From a bacterium (GTDB lineage: Bacteria > DUMJ01): a stretch of 21,854 nucleotides of DNA. The stretch covers positions 1-21,854 of the forward strand of contig JBMFMV010000027.1 of the NCBI GenBank assembly GCA_049970495.1, read 5' to 3'. Both the position numbers and the translations under genes were made by a program. Positions 1 through 9,962 of this stretch are shown in pieces. The notes below the pieces were generated by a model. That model saw nothing but the letters and a program-made list of their open reading frames with translations, ran no database searches and was not told the origin of the DNA. Position 1 is the stretch's first letter, and the number at the start of each line of letters is the position of its first letter.

Positions 1-2
1 GA

Positions 3-125
3 AAAGCTCTCGACACAGGTAGAGGTGGAGTGATAGCCCAGTGTGAATGGGGTGTAAAGGATCCAAAAGAAAACATCGAAGCTGTATTTGAAGAGTGGAA
101 TAAACCCTTAGAAGAAATATTTTAG
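3..125 (+). CDS. 3' end of a UroD/MtaA (uroporphyrinogen decarboxylase/methylcobamide:CoM methyltransferase) superfamily protein, truncated by the window edge
   Basis: Manual translation KALDTGRGGVIAQCEWGVKDPKENIEAVFEEWNKPLEEIF*. GG-x-I...P-x-ENI-x-A is the typical C-terminal motif of this fold. The TAG stop overlaps the AGGAGG RBS of the next gene. Confidence 0.65.
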   Translation, partial: KALDTGRGGVIAQCEWGVKDPKENIEAVFEEWNKPLEEIF

Positions 126-138
126 GAGGCGAATTTCT

Positions 139-2409
139 ATGCCAAAATTAAGTTTAAGAGGCACTTGGACTCTTTATTTTGGACCGCAAGGGGAGGCAAA
201 GAGTATAGATGAGGCTAAGGAGAAGTTTCAATGTATTTCCGCTACTGTTCCAGGTGATGTCTATCTTGACCTTTTAGATGCAGGGCTTATAGATGATCCC
301 TTCTTTGGAAGGAACTATCTAGCTCTAAGAAAGTTTGAGTTTTACCAGTGGTGGTATGAAAAGGAGTTTACTATTCCTAAAGAGCTTCTTGGTAAGAAGT
401 TCAAGCTCGTCTTCTATGGCATAGATACTATTAGTACTATCTGGCTTAATGGTAAGCTCCTCGGTGAAACCAATAATATGTTTGTCGAATATTCTTTTGA
501 TGTAACAGACCTTCTAAAAGAGAATAATACTCTTGTAGTAAAGATAGATTCTCCTATACTATGGGCAAAAGAGAAAAATTATGAGGCTATTAATATCTCT
601 TGGGAAGGAAGAGATGAAGCATTATGGCTTAGAAAGGCTCAACACTCCTTTGGGTGGGATATAGCACCTAGGATAGTCTCATCTGGAATATGGAAGGACG
701 TAGAATTAAGCGAGATTAAAGACACAGAGATAGAAGAACTCTATTATGCTACCTCTAAGATAGAAGATAATCTTGCATACCTAGATGTCTTTTTTAAATT
801 TAGGACCAATCTTAAATACTTTGAAGAATTCCTCTTAAGATTTACCTTCACTGACAAGAATGATAATAAGCAGGTCTTTGAGTTTCCTGTAGAATTTATC
901 ACTGGTCATCTTTCAATAAAATTAGATAGTCCCCTACTCTGGTGGCCTAAAGGATATGGTGACCCAAATCTCTATGATGTAAAATGTGAGCTCATCTATA
1001 ATAAAGAGGTCCTAGATGAAAAGAGAGATAAAATCGGTATAAGAACCGTTCACTTAGAAAGAACAGAAACCGCTGAAGAGGATGGTATCTTTAGATTTAT
1101 AATGAATGGCATTCCGGTAAGATTAAGAGGTTCTAATTGGGTCCCATTAGATGCCTTCCACTCAAGGGATAAAGAACGAACAATACCTGTTCTTGAATTA
1201 TTTGATGACCTAGGTTGCAATATTATTAGATGTTGGGGTGGAGGAGTCTATGAGTCAGAAGAATTTTTCAATTTCTGTGATTCTCATGGAATAGCAGTCT
1301 GGCAAGACTTTGCTCTTGCCTGTGCTAGATATCCTCAAGATAAAGATTTTCAAAAAGAGATAGAAGAGGAAGCTAAAAAGGTCATAAAGAGATTGAGGAA
1401 TCATCCAAGCTTAATATTATGGGCTGGAGATAATGAGTGCGATTATGCATATAATCTAGAAAATCTTCTCCCATCAGATAATATCCTTACTAGGAAGGTC
1501 CTACCATCAGTATGTAAACAACTTGACCCTTATAGACCATATCTACCTTCTTCCCCTTATCTTTCTGATAAAGTTGTAAAATCAAAAGGGAAGCTTTCTC
1601 CACCCGAACAACATCTCTGGGGACCAAGAGACTACTATAAGAGTAGATTCTATACAGAGAATAAGGCATCTTTTATAAGCGAGATAGGTTATCATGGATG
1701 TCCAAATCTAGAAAGCATAAAGAAGTTTATCCCGAAAGAGTATCTATGGCCATGGGATAATGATTACTGGAGAGCTCATTCTGTAGAACATTGGAGGACA
1801 AGAAAAAGAGGCTATAATAGGAATGAACTCATGGCTAACCAGATAAAAGAATTGTTCGGAATTATTCCAGAAAGAATAGAAGATTTTATCTTGGCAAGTC
1901 AAATCACTCAGGCTGAGGCAAAAAAGTTTTTTATAGAAAGGGCAAGACTCTCAGATAATATCTGGGGGATCATATGGTGGAATGTGATAGATTGCTGGCC
2001 TCAAATTTCTGATGCTATAGTAGATTACTATTTTAGTAAGAAACTTGCCTATTATTATATAAAGAGAGTCCAGGAACCATTCTGCATAATGATAACAGAA
2101 CCAGAGGCATGGTACGTGAAGATAGTAGGGATAAATGATACTCCTGCAGAAAAGAGAGGAACCTACAGAGTATATGATATTGATACCAAAGAAGAATTGA
2201 ACTCTGGAGAATTTTCAGTTTTCTCTTTTAGTAAGAAGGTCTTAGGTAAAATTATGGTAAGTAGAGGAGAACAGAAACTATTTATTATAGAGTGGGAGGT
2301 AGATGGCAAGAAGTTTTTTAATCATTATCTACTAGGAAATCCGCCATTTAATCTAGTAAAATATAAGGAGTGGCTAAAGACGATAGCAAAAGAGGTGAAT
2401 TCAATATAA
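139..2409 (+). CDS. Glycoside hydrolase family 2, beta-mannosidase-like
   Basis: 756 aa; motifs RKAQHSFGWD, LWWPKGYGDPNLY, GSNWVP, RCWGGG, LRNHPSLILWAGDNE (acid/base Glu), FISEIG (nucleophile Glu); RBS AGGAGG at 124-129. Confidence 0.9.
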   Translation: MPKLSLRGTWTLYFGPQGEAKSIDEAKEKFQCISATVPGDVYLDLLDAGLIDDPFFGRNYLALRKFEFYQWWYEKEFTIPKELLGKKFKLVFYGIDTISTIWLNGKLLGETNNMFVEYSFDVTDLLKENNTLVVKIDSPILWAKEKNYEAINISWEGRDEALWLRKAQHSFGWDIAPRIVSSGIWKDVELSEIKDTEIEELYYATSKIEDNLAYLDVFFKFRTNLKYFEEFLLRFTFTDKNDNKQVFEFPVEFITGHLSIKLDSPLLWWPKGYGDPNLYDVKCELIYNKEVLDEKRDKIGIRTVHLERTETAEEDGIFRFIMNGIPVRLRGSNWVPLDAFHSRDKERTIPVLELFDDLGCNIIRCWGGGVYESEEFFNFCDSHGIAVWQDFALACARYPQDKDFQKEIEEEAKKVIKRLRNHPSLILWAGDNECDYAYNLENLLPSDNILTRKVLPSVCKQLDPYRPYLPSSPYLSDKVVKSKGKLSPPEQHLWGPRDYYKSRFYTENKASFISEIGYHGCPNLESIKKFIPKEYLWPWDNDYWRAHSVEHWRTRKRGYNRNELMANQIKELFGIIPERIEDFILASQITQAEAKKFFIERARLSDNIWGIIWWNVIDCWPQISDAIVDYYFSKKLAYYYIKRVQEPFCIMITEPEAWYVKIVGINDTPAEKRGTYRVYDIDTKEELNSGEFSVFSFSKKVLGKIMVSRGEQKLFIIEWEVDGKKFFNHYLLGNPPFNLVKYKEWLKTIAKEVNSI

Positions 2410-3638
2410 AAGTGAGGAAAAAACGTGGCAGAAATCTTCCCTATGTAAGGGAATTTAATAGAAGTTTGGTCTTACAGACTATACGAGCATATAGCCCTAT
2501 TTCTCGGATAGAATTAACTGAGCTTACATCTCTAACCCCTACTACTATCACTAATCTAGTAGATGAATTTATAAAAAGAGGACTTGTCAAAGAGGTAGGG
2601 AATGTAAAAGGAGAGATAGGACGGAGTAGAACATTACTCAGTATAAATAGCGGAGCCTACTATGTTTTAGGGATAGACTTAGCAAGAACATCTATATCCT
2701 GTGGTATAGTGGACCTTGTTGGGAATTTACTGATTACAAAGAGAGTAATTTCTGATTTAACTCAACATTTTCCTATAACTTTAAATACTCTGAAAGACAC
2801 CATATATTCCCTCTTAGAAGAGATTGATCCTCAAATAAAAGAAAAGATTATTGCCATAGGGATAGGTTCACCAGGACCTTTAAGTTCAAGTAAAGGGATT
2901 ATCATCTCTCCTCCAAATTTTATAGGGTGGAAGGACATCCCACTAAAGGAGATTATAGAAGAAGAATTCAATATCCCTACCTTTATAGAGAATGATGCCA
3001 AAGCCTGTGCCTTAGGAGAGAAATGGTTTGGATGTTGCAGAGATATAGATAACTTCGTCTATCTCGCTGTAGGTACAGGGGTTGGAGCAGGAATAATTAT
3101 CAATGGAGAAATATATAGAGGTGCTGGAGAACTGGCAGGGGAACTAGGGCATACTACTGTAAATGTAGGTGGACCTCAATGTAGTTGTGGAAATTACGGG
3201 TGCCTTGAACTTTATACATCAGTAGGTTCTCTTATAAGAAGAATTGAAGAGAAGTTGCCTAACTTATTAAAAGAGGACCCCTTAGAAACCCTGTCTCTTT
3301 TTTACAGAACCGCAAGAGAGGGGGATATCAGGGCGGTAGAGATTCTTAATGAGTATTGCTTCTGGCTTGGGGTAGGGGTGGTAAATGCAATAAACATCTT
3401 CAGCCCTGCAGCTATCGTATTAGGTAGAGAGGCACTTATAAATGGATCGGACCTTATTATCCCTAGGGTAGAGAAGATAGTAAGAGAGAGAAGTTTTTCT
3501 ATAGCTTCTCAGCAAACAAAAATATTGACTTCAAGTATAGGGCAGAATACAGGTATTATAGGAGCAGCTACAATTGCCCTTTGGGAGTTCTATAAGGATC
3601 CATACAAGATAATAAAGAAGGAGGCAAATGCACAATGA
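2370..3638 (+). CDS. ROK family transcriptional repressor (XylR/NagC-like)
   Basis: N-terminal wHTH (ISRIELTELTSLTPTTITNLV), GIDL, ENDAKACALGE, GTGVGAG, and Zn motif GELGH..CSCGNYGCLE. Start uncertain; GTG at 2412 behind GAGGTGA is an alternative. Confidence 0.92.
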   Translation: MAKDDSKRGEFNIKVRKKRGRNLPYVREFNRSLVLQTIRAYSPISRIELTELTSLTPTTITNLVDEFIKRGLVKEVGNVKGEIGRSRTLLSINSGAYYVLGIDLARTSISCGIVDLVGNLLITKRVISDLTQHFPITLNTLKDTIYSLLEEIDPQIKEKIIAIGIGSPGPLSSSKGIIISPPNFIGWKDIPLKEIIEEEFNIPTFIENDAKACALGEKWFGCCRDIDNFVYLAVGTGVGAGIIINGEIYRGAGELAGELGHTTVNVGGPQCSCGNYGCLELYTSVGSLIRRIEEKLPNLLKEDPLETLSLFYRTAREGDIRAVEILNEYCFWLGVGVVNAINIFSPAAIVLGREALINGSDLIIPRVEKIVRERSFSIASQQTKILTSSIGQNTGIIGAATIALWEFYKDPYKIIKKEANAQ

Positions 3639-6034
3639 AGAAGTCTTATAAACTTTATATGATTGGTAATGCTCATATTGATCCAGTCTGGCTTTGGAAG
3701 TGGGATGAAGGGTTAGTAACTACAAGGGCAACATTTAAGTCTGCTATTGATAGGATAGAAGAGTATCCCGAATTTGTCTTTACTGCATCTAGCGCCTGTC
3801 TTTATAAATGGATAGAAGAAACTGATCCAGAATTATTTGAAAAAATCAAGGAAAAAGTAAAAGAGGGACGTTGGTGCATTGTAGGTGGATGGTGGATAGA
3901 GCCTGACTGTAATATTCCCGGAGGAGAAGCCCTAGTAAGACAAGGACTCTATGGGCAGAAATATTTTTTAGAAAAGTTTGGCATAAAGGCAAAGGTTGGT
4001 TATAACCCTGATTCTTTTGGTCATAACTGGATGATTCCTCAAGTTTTAAAGAAGATGGGGATAGATTACTATGTATTTATGAGACCTGGACCTCATGAGA
4101 AGGACCTACCTGGTGATATCTTTTGGTGGGAAAGTCCAGATGGCTCAAAAGTACTTGTCTATAGGATTCCATTTTCTTATGCTACATGGGGTAAAGAGGT
4201 AGAAACCCAAGTAAAGAGAGTAGCAGAAAAACTCAATGAAACAATTAATTCTCTTATGTGCTTCTATGGTGTAGGAGACCACGGGGGAGGTCCAACAAAG
4301 GAGAATATAGAAAACATAAAAGAGCTAAATACAAAAGAAGATATACCAAAACTTATCTTTAGTTCGCCTGATAAGTTCTTCGAAGAGATATCTAACAAAA
4401 ACATAGACTTTCCTGTAGTCAAAGATGATTTGCAGCACCATGCAAGTGGATGTTATTCGGTATTATCATGGATAAAAAAGAGTAACAGAAAATTAGAGCA
4501 CCTCTTATTAAATGGAGAGAAAATTGCAATATTAGGAAGTTATATAAAGAGTCTTGCCTACCCCAAAGATAGTTTCAGATCTAGTTGGCAGACACTATTA
4601 TTCACTCAATTCCATGATATTCTAGCAGGGACAAGTATACCTGAAGCATATGAAGAAATAAGGTCCATGCATGGAGCCATAGAAGACGCTGTCAACAAAG
4701 TAATAGTTTACACTACCCAAAATATAGCCAATAATATCAATACCCAAGGAGATGGAGAACCAATAGTAGTATTTAATACTACATCCTTCGAAAGGCAAGT
4801 TCCAGTTGAAGTTGAGATCCCTTGGAGAGAGAAGGATTTAACTATTTTAGATGTAAATAGTAATCCAATTCCTTCCCAAATATCTAAGCCCTCTGCTACT
4901 ACAACTGGAGGAAGACTCAGGGTCATATTTACAGATAAGCTCCCTCCTTATGGTTATAAAGTCTATAGGGCAGGATCTGAAAAGAAAGATGTTCCCCTTT
5001 CCTACTCTCTAACTGTTAAGGAAAATACTTTAGAAAATGATTGGCTCTATTTAGAGATAGATAGTAAGACAGGATATATAAAGAGATTATACGATAAAGA
5101 GAACAAAAAAGAGGTCTTTACCGGAGATTCTGCTATACCTGCTGTTATAAATGATCCTAGTGATACTTGGAGTCACAATATATTTAGATTTAAAGATGAA
5201 GTTGGAAGATTCTCCGATGCAAAAATCAAAGTATCAGAGATAGGACCAGTTAAAGGGACAATTAAAGTAGAGAATTACTACAATAAGTCAAAGCTTATAC
5301 AGGAGTTTACTCTCTACAGAACGTTAAAACTGATAGAAGTAAAGGTAAGTATAGATTGGCATGAACAACTAAAAATGTTAAAACTAAAGTTTCCAATAAA
5401 TGTAGATAATCCCATTGCTACGTATCATATCCCATACGGCTTTATCACTAGACCCTGTAACGGAGAAGAGGAACCAGGAGGAGAATGGATAGATATAGGA
5501 GATGGAGAATATGGTGTGAGCCTTATCAATAACGCTAAATACAGCTATGACGTAGATAGTAACATTCTATCACTTACTGTCTTGAGAAGCCCTGTCTATG
5601 CACATCACATACCAAGAGAACTGGACCCCAACGAAGATTATAGATATATAGACCAAGGAGAACAGGAGTTTACATATATAATATATCCACATAGAGGAGA
5701 CTGGAAAGATGCCAGCACAGTAAAATTGGCTGAAAGTTTGAATAATCCTCCAATAGTATTTGTAGACTACAGGCACTCAGGAGTTTTACCGTCTGAACAA
5801 AGTTTCATCTCTGTAGATAGAGAAAATATAATAGTAACTACAATAAAAGAGGCAGAAGATACAGAAGATATTATTCTAAGAGCCTATGAAGTATCTGGAA
5901 ATCAAACGACGGCGAATTTCCAACTTTTCGGTAGGAAATGGTCATCCACGTTTAAACCCTGTGAGATAAAAAGTTTCTTAATTCCAAAAGACAAGAACCT
6001 ACCTATAAGGGAAGTGAACCTACTAGAAGAATAA
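3635..6034 (+). CDS. Glycoside hydrolase family 38 alpha-mannosidase
   Basis: 799 aa; GNAHIDPVWLW (Zn ligands), YNPDSFGH (nucleophile Asp), GVGDHGGGP, QFHDILAGTS; ATGA overlap with the ROK gene. Confidence 0.93.
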   Translation: MKKSYKLYMIGNAHIDPVWLWKWDEGLVTTRATFKSAIDRIEEYPEFVFTASSACLYKWIEETDPELFEKIKEKVKEGRWCIVGGWWIEPDCNIPGGEALVRQGLYGQKYFLEKFGIKAKVGYNPDSFGHNWMIPQVLKKMGIDYYVFMRPGPHEKDLPGDIFWWESPDGSKVLVYRIPFSYATWGKEVETQVKRVAEKLNETINSLMCFYGVGDHGGGPTKENIENIKELNTKEDIPKLIFSSPDKFFEEISNKNIDFPVVKDDLQHHASGCYSVLSWIKKSNRKLEHLLLNGEKIAILGSYIKSLAYPKDSFRSSWQTLLFTQFHDILAGTSIPEAYEEIRSMHGAIEDAVNKVIVYTTQNIANNINTQGDGEPIVVFNTTSFERQVPVEVEIPWREKDLTILDVNSNPIPSQISKPSATTTGGRLRVIFTDKLPPYGYKVYRAGSEKKDVPLSYSLTVKENTLENDWLYLEIDSKTGYIKRLYDKENKKEVFTGDSAIPAVINDPSDTWSHNIFRFKDEVGRFSDAKIKVSEIGPVKGTIKVENYYNKSKLIQEFTLYRTLKLIEVKVSIDWHEQLKMLKLKFPINVDNPIATYHIPYGFITRPCNGEEEPGGEWIDIGDGEYGVSLINNAKYSYDVDSNILSLTVLRSPVYAHHIPRELDPNEDYRYIDQGEQEFTYIIYPHRGDWKDASTVKLAESLNNPPIVFVDYRHSGVLPSEQSFISVDRENIIVTTIKEAEDTEDIILRAYEVSGNQTTANFQLFGRKWSSTFKPCEIKSFLIPKDKNLPIREVNLLEE

Positions 6035-6043
6035 CAACGAATC

Positions 6044-6052
6044 TGCTATACT
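6044..6052 (+). promoter_or_regulatory. Possible extended -10 internal promoter for the 6083 gene
   Basis: TG-C-TATACT in the 48-bp intergenic gap; no good -35 element. Confidence 0.3.
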
Positions 6053-6082
6053 TTTCTAAAAACTATAGAAGGGGGCAATAAA

Positions 6083-7234
6083 ATGTTGCCAGAGCTTGAT
6101 TATGTACTAGAGTTACTCCAGCCTGATTTGGAGAGAATAGAGATTGGAAGAAAAAGACAAGCTAGTGTATGGAAAGGAGAAGAACCAGATTATATACCAA
6201 TAATTCCCCCACCTATTTATGTTCCAGAGAAGGAGGACTTTCCATCCTACAATCTTAAAGAACAGTTTTATGACCCCGAAAAGATGTTAGTTATGCATCT
6301 ATGGGAATTAATAGGAAGGGCAAGGCTTCCAGGAGATGCTCAGCTCTCTATAAGAGCCAATTTAGGAACAGGATTTGTCGCTTCTATCTTTGGACTTAAC
6401 CAAATAATATTTGATGATATTATGCCATGGTTAAAGGAGCATCTTCCTAAAGAGAAGATTCTCTCTATAGACCCTAAGGAAATCAACTTAGACTTTGTTA
6501 AAGATAAAGGGCTTGTGCCAACTGCTATAGAATACATAAACTTTTTCAAAGAAAAACTAAATAGAAAGGCTCATATATATCTATCAGATACTCAAGGACC
6601 TTTAGATATTGCACATCTAGTATATGGAGATGCTCTCTTTACAGATATATACGACGATCCAGAATTTATACATCACCTCTTAAGAATTACTACTAATGCC
6701 TATATAAGCGTATCTAAATTACTCAAAAAGGTAATTGGTGAACTGTTAGATTCAGGATACCACGGACCTCTATACATGGAGAATGGTGGGGTAAGATGCT
6801 GTGAAGATACAACTACCCTCTTCTCCCGTAAGACATTTAAAGAATTTGTTGCTCCATATATAACAGAAGCACTTAAACCATTTGGAGGTGGATGGGTACA
6901 CTTCTGTGGTAGTGGACATCAGTTCTTAGAAGATCTCTTAGCTATGCCAGAGGTAAAAGGGATAAACTTTGGGAATCCTGAAAGATACGACTACTATTCT
7001 ACAATGAATCTTATATTAGACTATAAAAAATTTTATTTTGGCACTTTTAACAGGAAGGAGGAAGAGACATTAAAGGATTACTTTGAGAGAATATTAAAGC
7101 CTTTCAGTGAGAGAGGAACAAGGACCGGCCTAATATTTATGCCTTCAAATTCTGATTTACCAGAATGGCATGAGTCTCCAGAGAAGGTCCTAGACCTTTG
7201 GTATTCTCTTCAAGATAGAATGATAAAAAAATAA
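6083..7234 (+). CDS. UroD/MtaA-superfamily protein of unknown function
   Basis: 383 aa; DTQGPLDIAHLVYGDALFTDIYDDPEFIHHLL, CCEDTTTLFSRKTFKEFVAPY and WVHFCG (H-x-C) match the UroD/MtaA TIM-barrel pattern; RBS GAAGGGGG. Confidence 0.75.
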   Translation: MLPELDYVLELLQPDLERIEIGRKRQASVWKGEEPDYIPIIPPPIYVPEKEDFPSYNLKEQFYDPEKMLVMHLWELIGRARLPGDAQLSIRANLGTGFVASIFGLNQIIFDDIMPWLKEHLPKEKILSIDPKEINLDFVKDKGLVPTAIEYINFFKEKLNRKAHIYLSDTQGPLDIAHLVYGDALFTDIYDDPEFIHHLLRITTNAYISVSKLLKKVIGELLDSGYHGPLYMENGGVRCCEDTTTLFSRKTFKEFVAPYITEALKPFGGGWVHFCGSGHQFLEDLLAMPEVKGINFGNPERYDYYSTMNLILDYKKFYFGTFNRKEEETLKDYFERILKPFSERGTRTGLIFMPSNSDLPEWHESPEKVLDLWYSLQDRMIKK

Positions 7235-7261
7235 GGGCTGGCAAATGCCAGCCCTAAAATT
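7234..7261. terminator. Probable bidirectional intrinsic terminator
   Basis: AGGGCTGGC-AAAT-GCCAGCCCT (7234-7255) between two convergent stop codons; A-run on the left gives a U-tail for the - strand transcript. Confidence 0.85.
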
Positions 7262-9235
7262 TTACTTCTTTATAAAGAACTGAACTGGAAGTCCATTACC
7301 GGGAGAGTAAAATATCACGTCTGATACTGCACCGTGTGTTTCATCTGGAACGTTCTTAAAGTAGTTTTTTACCACCCCTACACACATTGTACTAGGGACA
7401 AGCCCTACTGTTCCAATAACAAAAACATTTTTGGCATGGAGACGGAGTATTTCTTTAGCAAGACGAACCCTTACTGTCGAATCCGTAGTGACCTTCATCT
7501 TGTCATATAGTTCTATTATCTTCTTCAACTCTGGACTTGTAGGTTCTTCTCCTCCCTTTCCACCTGAAGTATACCATACTCCGGTAAGTGGTGCATAGAA
7601 GCACTCGGTAGTCATAGGGACCCACCAGCATGGATAGGACCATGGTTGAGACGATCTATCGACACTCCAAGCCATCATTTCAAATTCTCCAGCGTATGCT
7701 CTAGAGTAAAGTAGAGCTCTCTCCATAGTATTAACAGCAGTCTTTATTCCAAGCTTTTCCCAGTAACCTTTAACCATTTCACATACATCTATCCATGGTC
7801 CAAAAACGGGCGCTACGTTTATTGTTACTGAGAAAGTCTTGCCGTCTGGTCTAAGTCTATACCCATCTGGTCCTCTCTTTTTAAGACCAAGCTCGTCTAA
7901 TATCTTATTAGCCTTAACCGGATCAAACTCTGCGTATAATTTCTCTACAGATGGGTCATAATATACAGATTGGGGTATTACAGTAGCAGCTCTCGGTTTT
8001 CCTACCCCATGATAGATAAGCTGATTTATCTCATCTCTATTTATACCTATTGAAAGGGCTTGACGGAATCTTGGGTTAATAAAGAACTTCTTCAACACCG
8101 GATCCTTCACGTTTTGATTTACAAATATACCAACATCTGCTCCAAGTGCTGGAAGCCACTTTATTACTCTATAATCTCCCTTTTTCTCATTCTCTTTTAA
8201 TAAAGTATAATCCATAAAATTAATGTGTCTCAGTTGCATATCTAGCTCTCCAGCTACAGCTTTCATAGTTACCATCTCCGCATTAGCTACTAAATCATGA
8301 GTAATCTTATCAATATATGGCAATTGATTTCCTGCTGTATCTATCTTCCAGTAATACGGATTACGCTCCATTATCCACACTTTAGAATCAGGTAGATTTG
8401 AAGGCTTCCAAGCTCTTATTGTTGGTAAGTCTGGATTCTGAATCCAATCATTTCTATTCTGGAAATATTTATACCAGGCATCAAAACCAGCCTTCTTATA
8501 TGTTTCTTCCAGAGTTTTTTGGTCTGTATACTTAGGATGAAATTGTTTTAAATAGTGCTTTGGGGCAAATATCCAGTTTGCTGCGAGAAATTCTAGAATC
8601 AATCCATTTGGATGTTCAAACTGAATCTGAACTGTATAATCATCAACTTTCTTAATTTTCCCTGGGATTCCAGCAGTGGTTAACCAGGATGGAAAAGTAG
8701 GAGTTATTTCTTTATTAGAAATAATATCTTCATACCAGAAAATGACATCATCTGCAGTAAATGGCGCTCCATCAGACCACTTCATTCCTTTTCTTAAATA
8801 CAGAGTAACAGTTTTTCCATCTTTAGATATCTTCCAACTTTTTGCAACATTAGGCATAATTTTGGTTCCAGTAAGGTCCCACCTAAGAGTATTATCATAA
8901 GTGATTCTGGCTGGTCCAGGACTATCTGAAGGTCCAAGCCATGCTCTCCTCCAAGTTCCACCATACTGACCAATTTCTTCTAAAGGTTGGATTACTGCTG
9001 GTTCTTCAGGTAATCTCTTTTCTACTGGAGGTAACTTCCCCTGCTTAACAAGCTCAGCAAGCATTGGGGCTTCACTAAATTTTGTTATCTTTTTTCCAGT
9101 AGCTTTCTCATAATCTGCTATAGTAGCGTACTGAGTTAGAGATACCTCTTTTTGAGCAAAGATAGGCTGAATTACCCCTAACAATAAACTAAGAGACACT
9201 ATCAAAACTAGGCAAACTCTTTTTATTCCTCTCAT
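7262..9235 (-). CDS. ABC transporter solute-binding protein, family 5 (OppA/DppA-like, probably oligosaccharide-binding)
   Basis: 657 aa; signal peptide ending IQPIFA-Q; FSEAPMLAELVKQGKLPPVEKRLP, GQYGGTWR, LRKGMKWSDGAPFTADDV, ERNPYYWKIDTAGNQLPYID, FRQALS; RBS AAGGAGG at 9250-9244. Confidence 0.92.
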   Translation of the reverse strand: MRGIKRVCLVLIVSLSLLLGVIQPIFAQKEVSLTQYATIADYEKATGKKITKFSEAPMLAELVKQGKLPPVEKRLPEEPAVIQPLEEIGQYGGTWRRAWLGPSDSPGPARITYDNTLRWDLTGTKIMPNVAKSWKISKDGKTVTLYLRKGMKWSDGAPFTADDVIFWYEDIISNKEITPTFPSWLTTAGIPGKIKKVDDYTVQIQFEHPNGLILEFLAANWIFAPKHYLKQFHPKYTDQKTLEETYKKAGFDAWYKYFQNRNDWIQNPDLPTIRAWKPSNLPDSKVWIMERNPYYWKIDTAGNQLPYIDKITHDLVANAEMVTMKAVAGELDMQLRHINFMDYTLLKENEKKGDYRVIKWLPALGADVGIFVNQNVKDPVLKKFFINPRFRQALSIGINRDEINQLIYHGVGKPRAATVIPQSVYYDPSVEKLYAEFDPVKANKILDELGLKKRGPDGYRLRPDGKTFSVTINVAPVFGPWIDVCEMVKGYWEKLGIKTAVNTMERALLYSRAYAGEFEMMAWSVDRSSQPWSYPCWWVPMTTECFYAPLTGVWYTSGGKGGEEPTSPELKKIIELYDKMKVTTDSTVRVRLAKEILRLHAKNVFVIGTVGLVPSTMCVGVVKNYFKNVPDETHGAVSDVIFYSPGNGLPVQFFIKK

Positions 9236-9373
9236 CGTTTAAACCTCCTTCTTAAATTAAACTTCAAGATAAAATACTAAACCTCTCTTACCCCACTTGG
9301 CTGAATTGCCAAATCTTTCCTAATTCCCTTTCTCTAGCATCACCACCTTTCATACTAATTAAAACTTGTCCTA

Positions 9374-9403
9374 ATTATAGAATACTTACATAATAACTAT
9401 CAA
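9374..9403 (-). promoter_or_regulatory. Sigma70-type promoter of the solute-binding protein gene
   Basis: - strand TTGATA (9403-9398), 18-nt spacer, TATAAT (9379-9374). Confidence 0.7.
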
Positions 9404-9418
9404 GCGTTTGTATAAAGC

Positions 9419-9962
9419 TTAATTCCAGTCTTTCTCTGCCTTCTTTATTAACTCCTCAGCAGGTTCTAAGTCCATCTCTGGGAATAGAAGATATAGCCCA
9501 TCCGATCCATAACGTCTCACTATTCTATCTGCCTTTCTTACTTATTTCATCAAAGTTACCTTCATCTATACTTATCCATAGAGATTTCCCTGCCTTCTTT
9601 ACCATATCATATATAGGATACCAGTCTTCACTACCACCATCGGGTTTACCAGCCACTGGAGTCCACTGAATAGCATCGAGGTCTTTTACACTTAGTATAG
9701 CCGGAGGATGTTTTATGGCATCAGGTCCATCTAAATGGTATAGTGTATAGTCTAACTTACTACACTTATAAGCAAGAGACGGAACAAAGAATTCTTGGAA
9801 TTGTTTTGGAGACATAACAGCTGAAAAGTCGCATTGGACTTTAGCTGTTTTCCCTGGACCCCATATGGCAAAGACAGTATAACTACTTCCTCCTTCTTCG
9901 TCTTTTACAATATCATACATTGCATCGTAATATCTAAAATAAAGCTCATCTATCTGCTTTAA
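9419..9962 (-). pseudogene. 3' remnant of a UroD/MtaA-like gene
   Basis: KVQCDFSAVMSPKQFQEFFVP, LYHLDGPDAIKH, IQWTP, AGKSL. One extra base near 9543 separates the apparent natural C-terminus VRKADRIVRRYGSDGLYLLFPEMDLEPAEELIKKAEKDWN* (stop 9421-9419). N-terminal half absent. Confidence 0.7.

Noticed and set aside
4708..8900. Short ORFs 4708-4926, 5570-5776, 6340-6549 and 8676-8900
   Set aside because: Antisense shadows of well-supported genes with no recognisable motifs.
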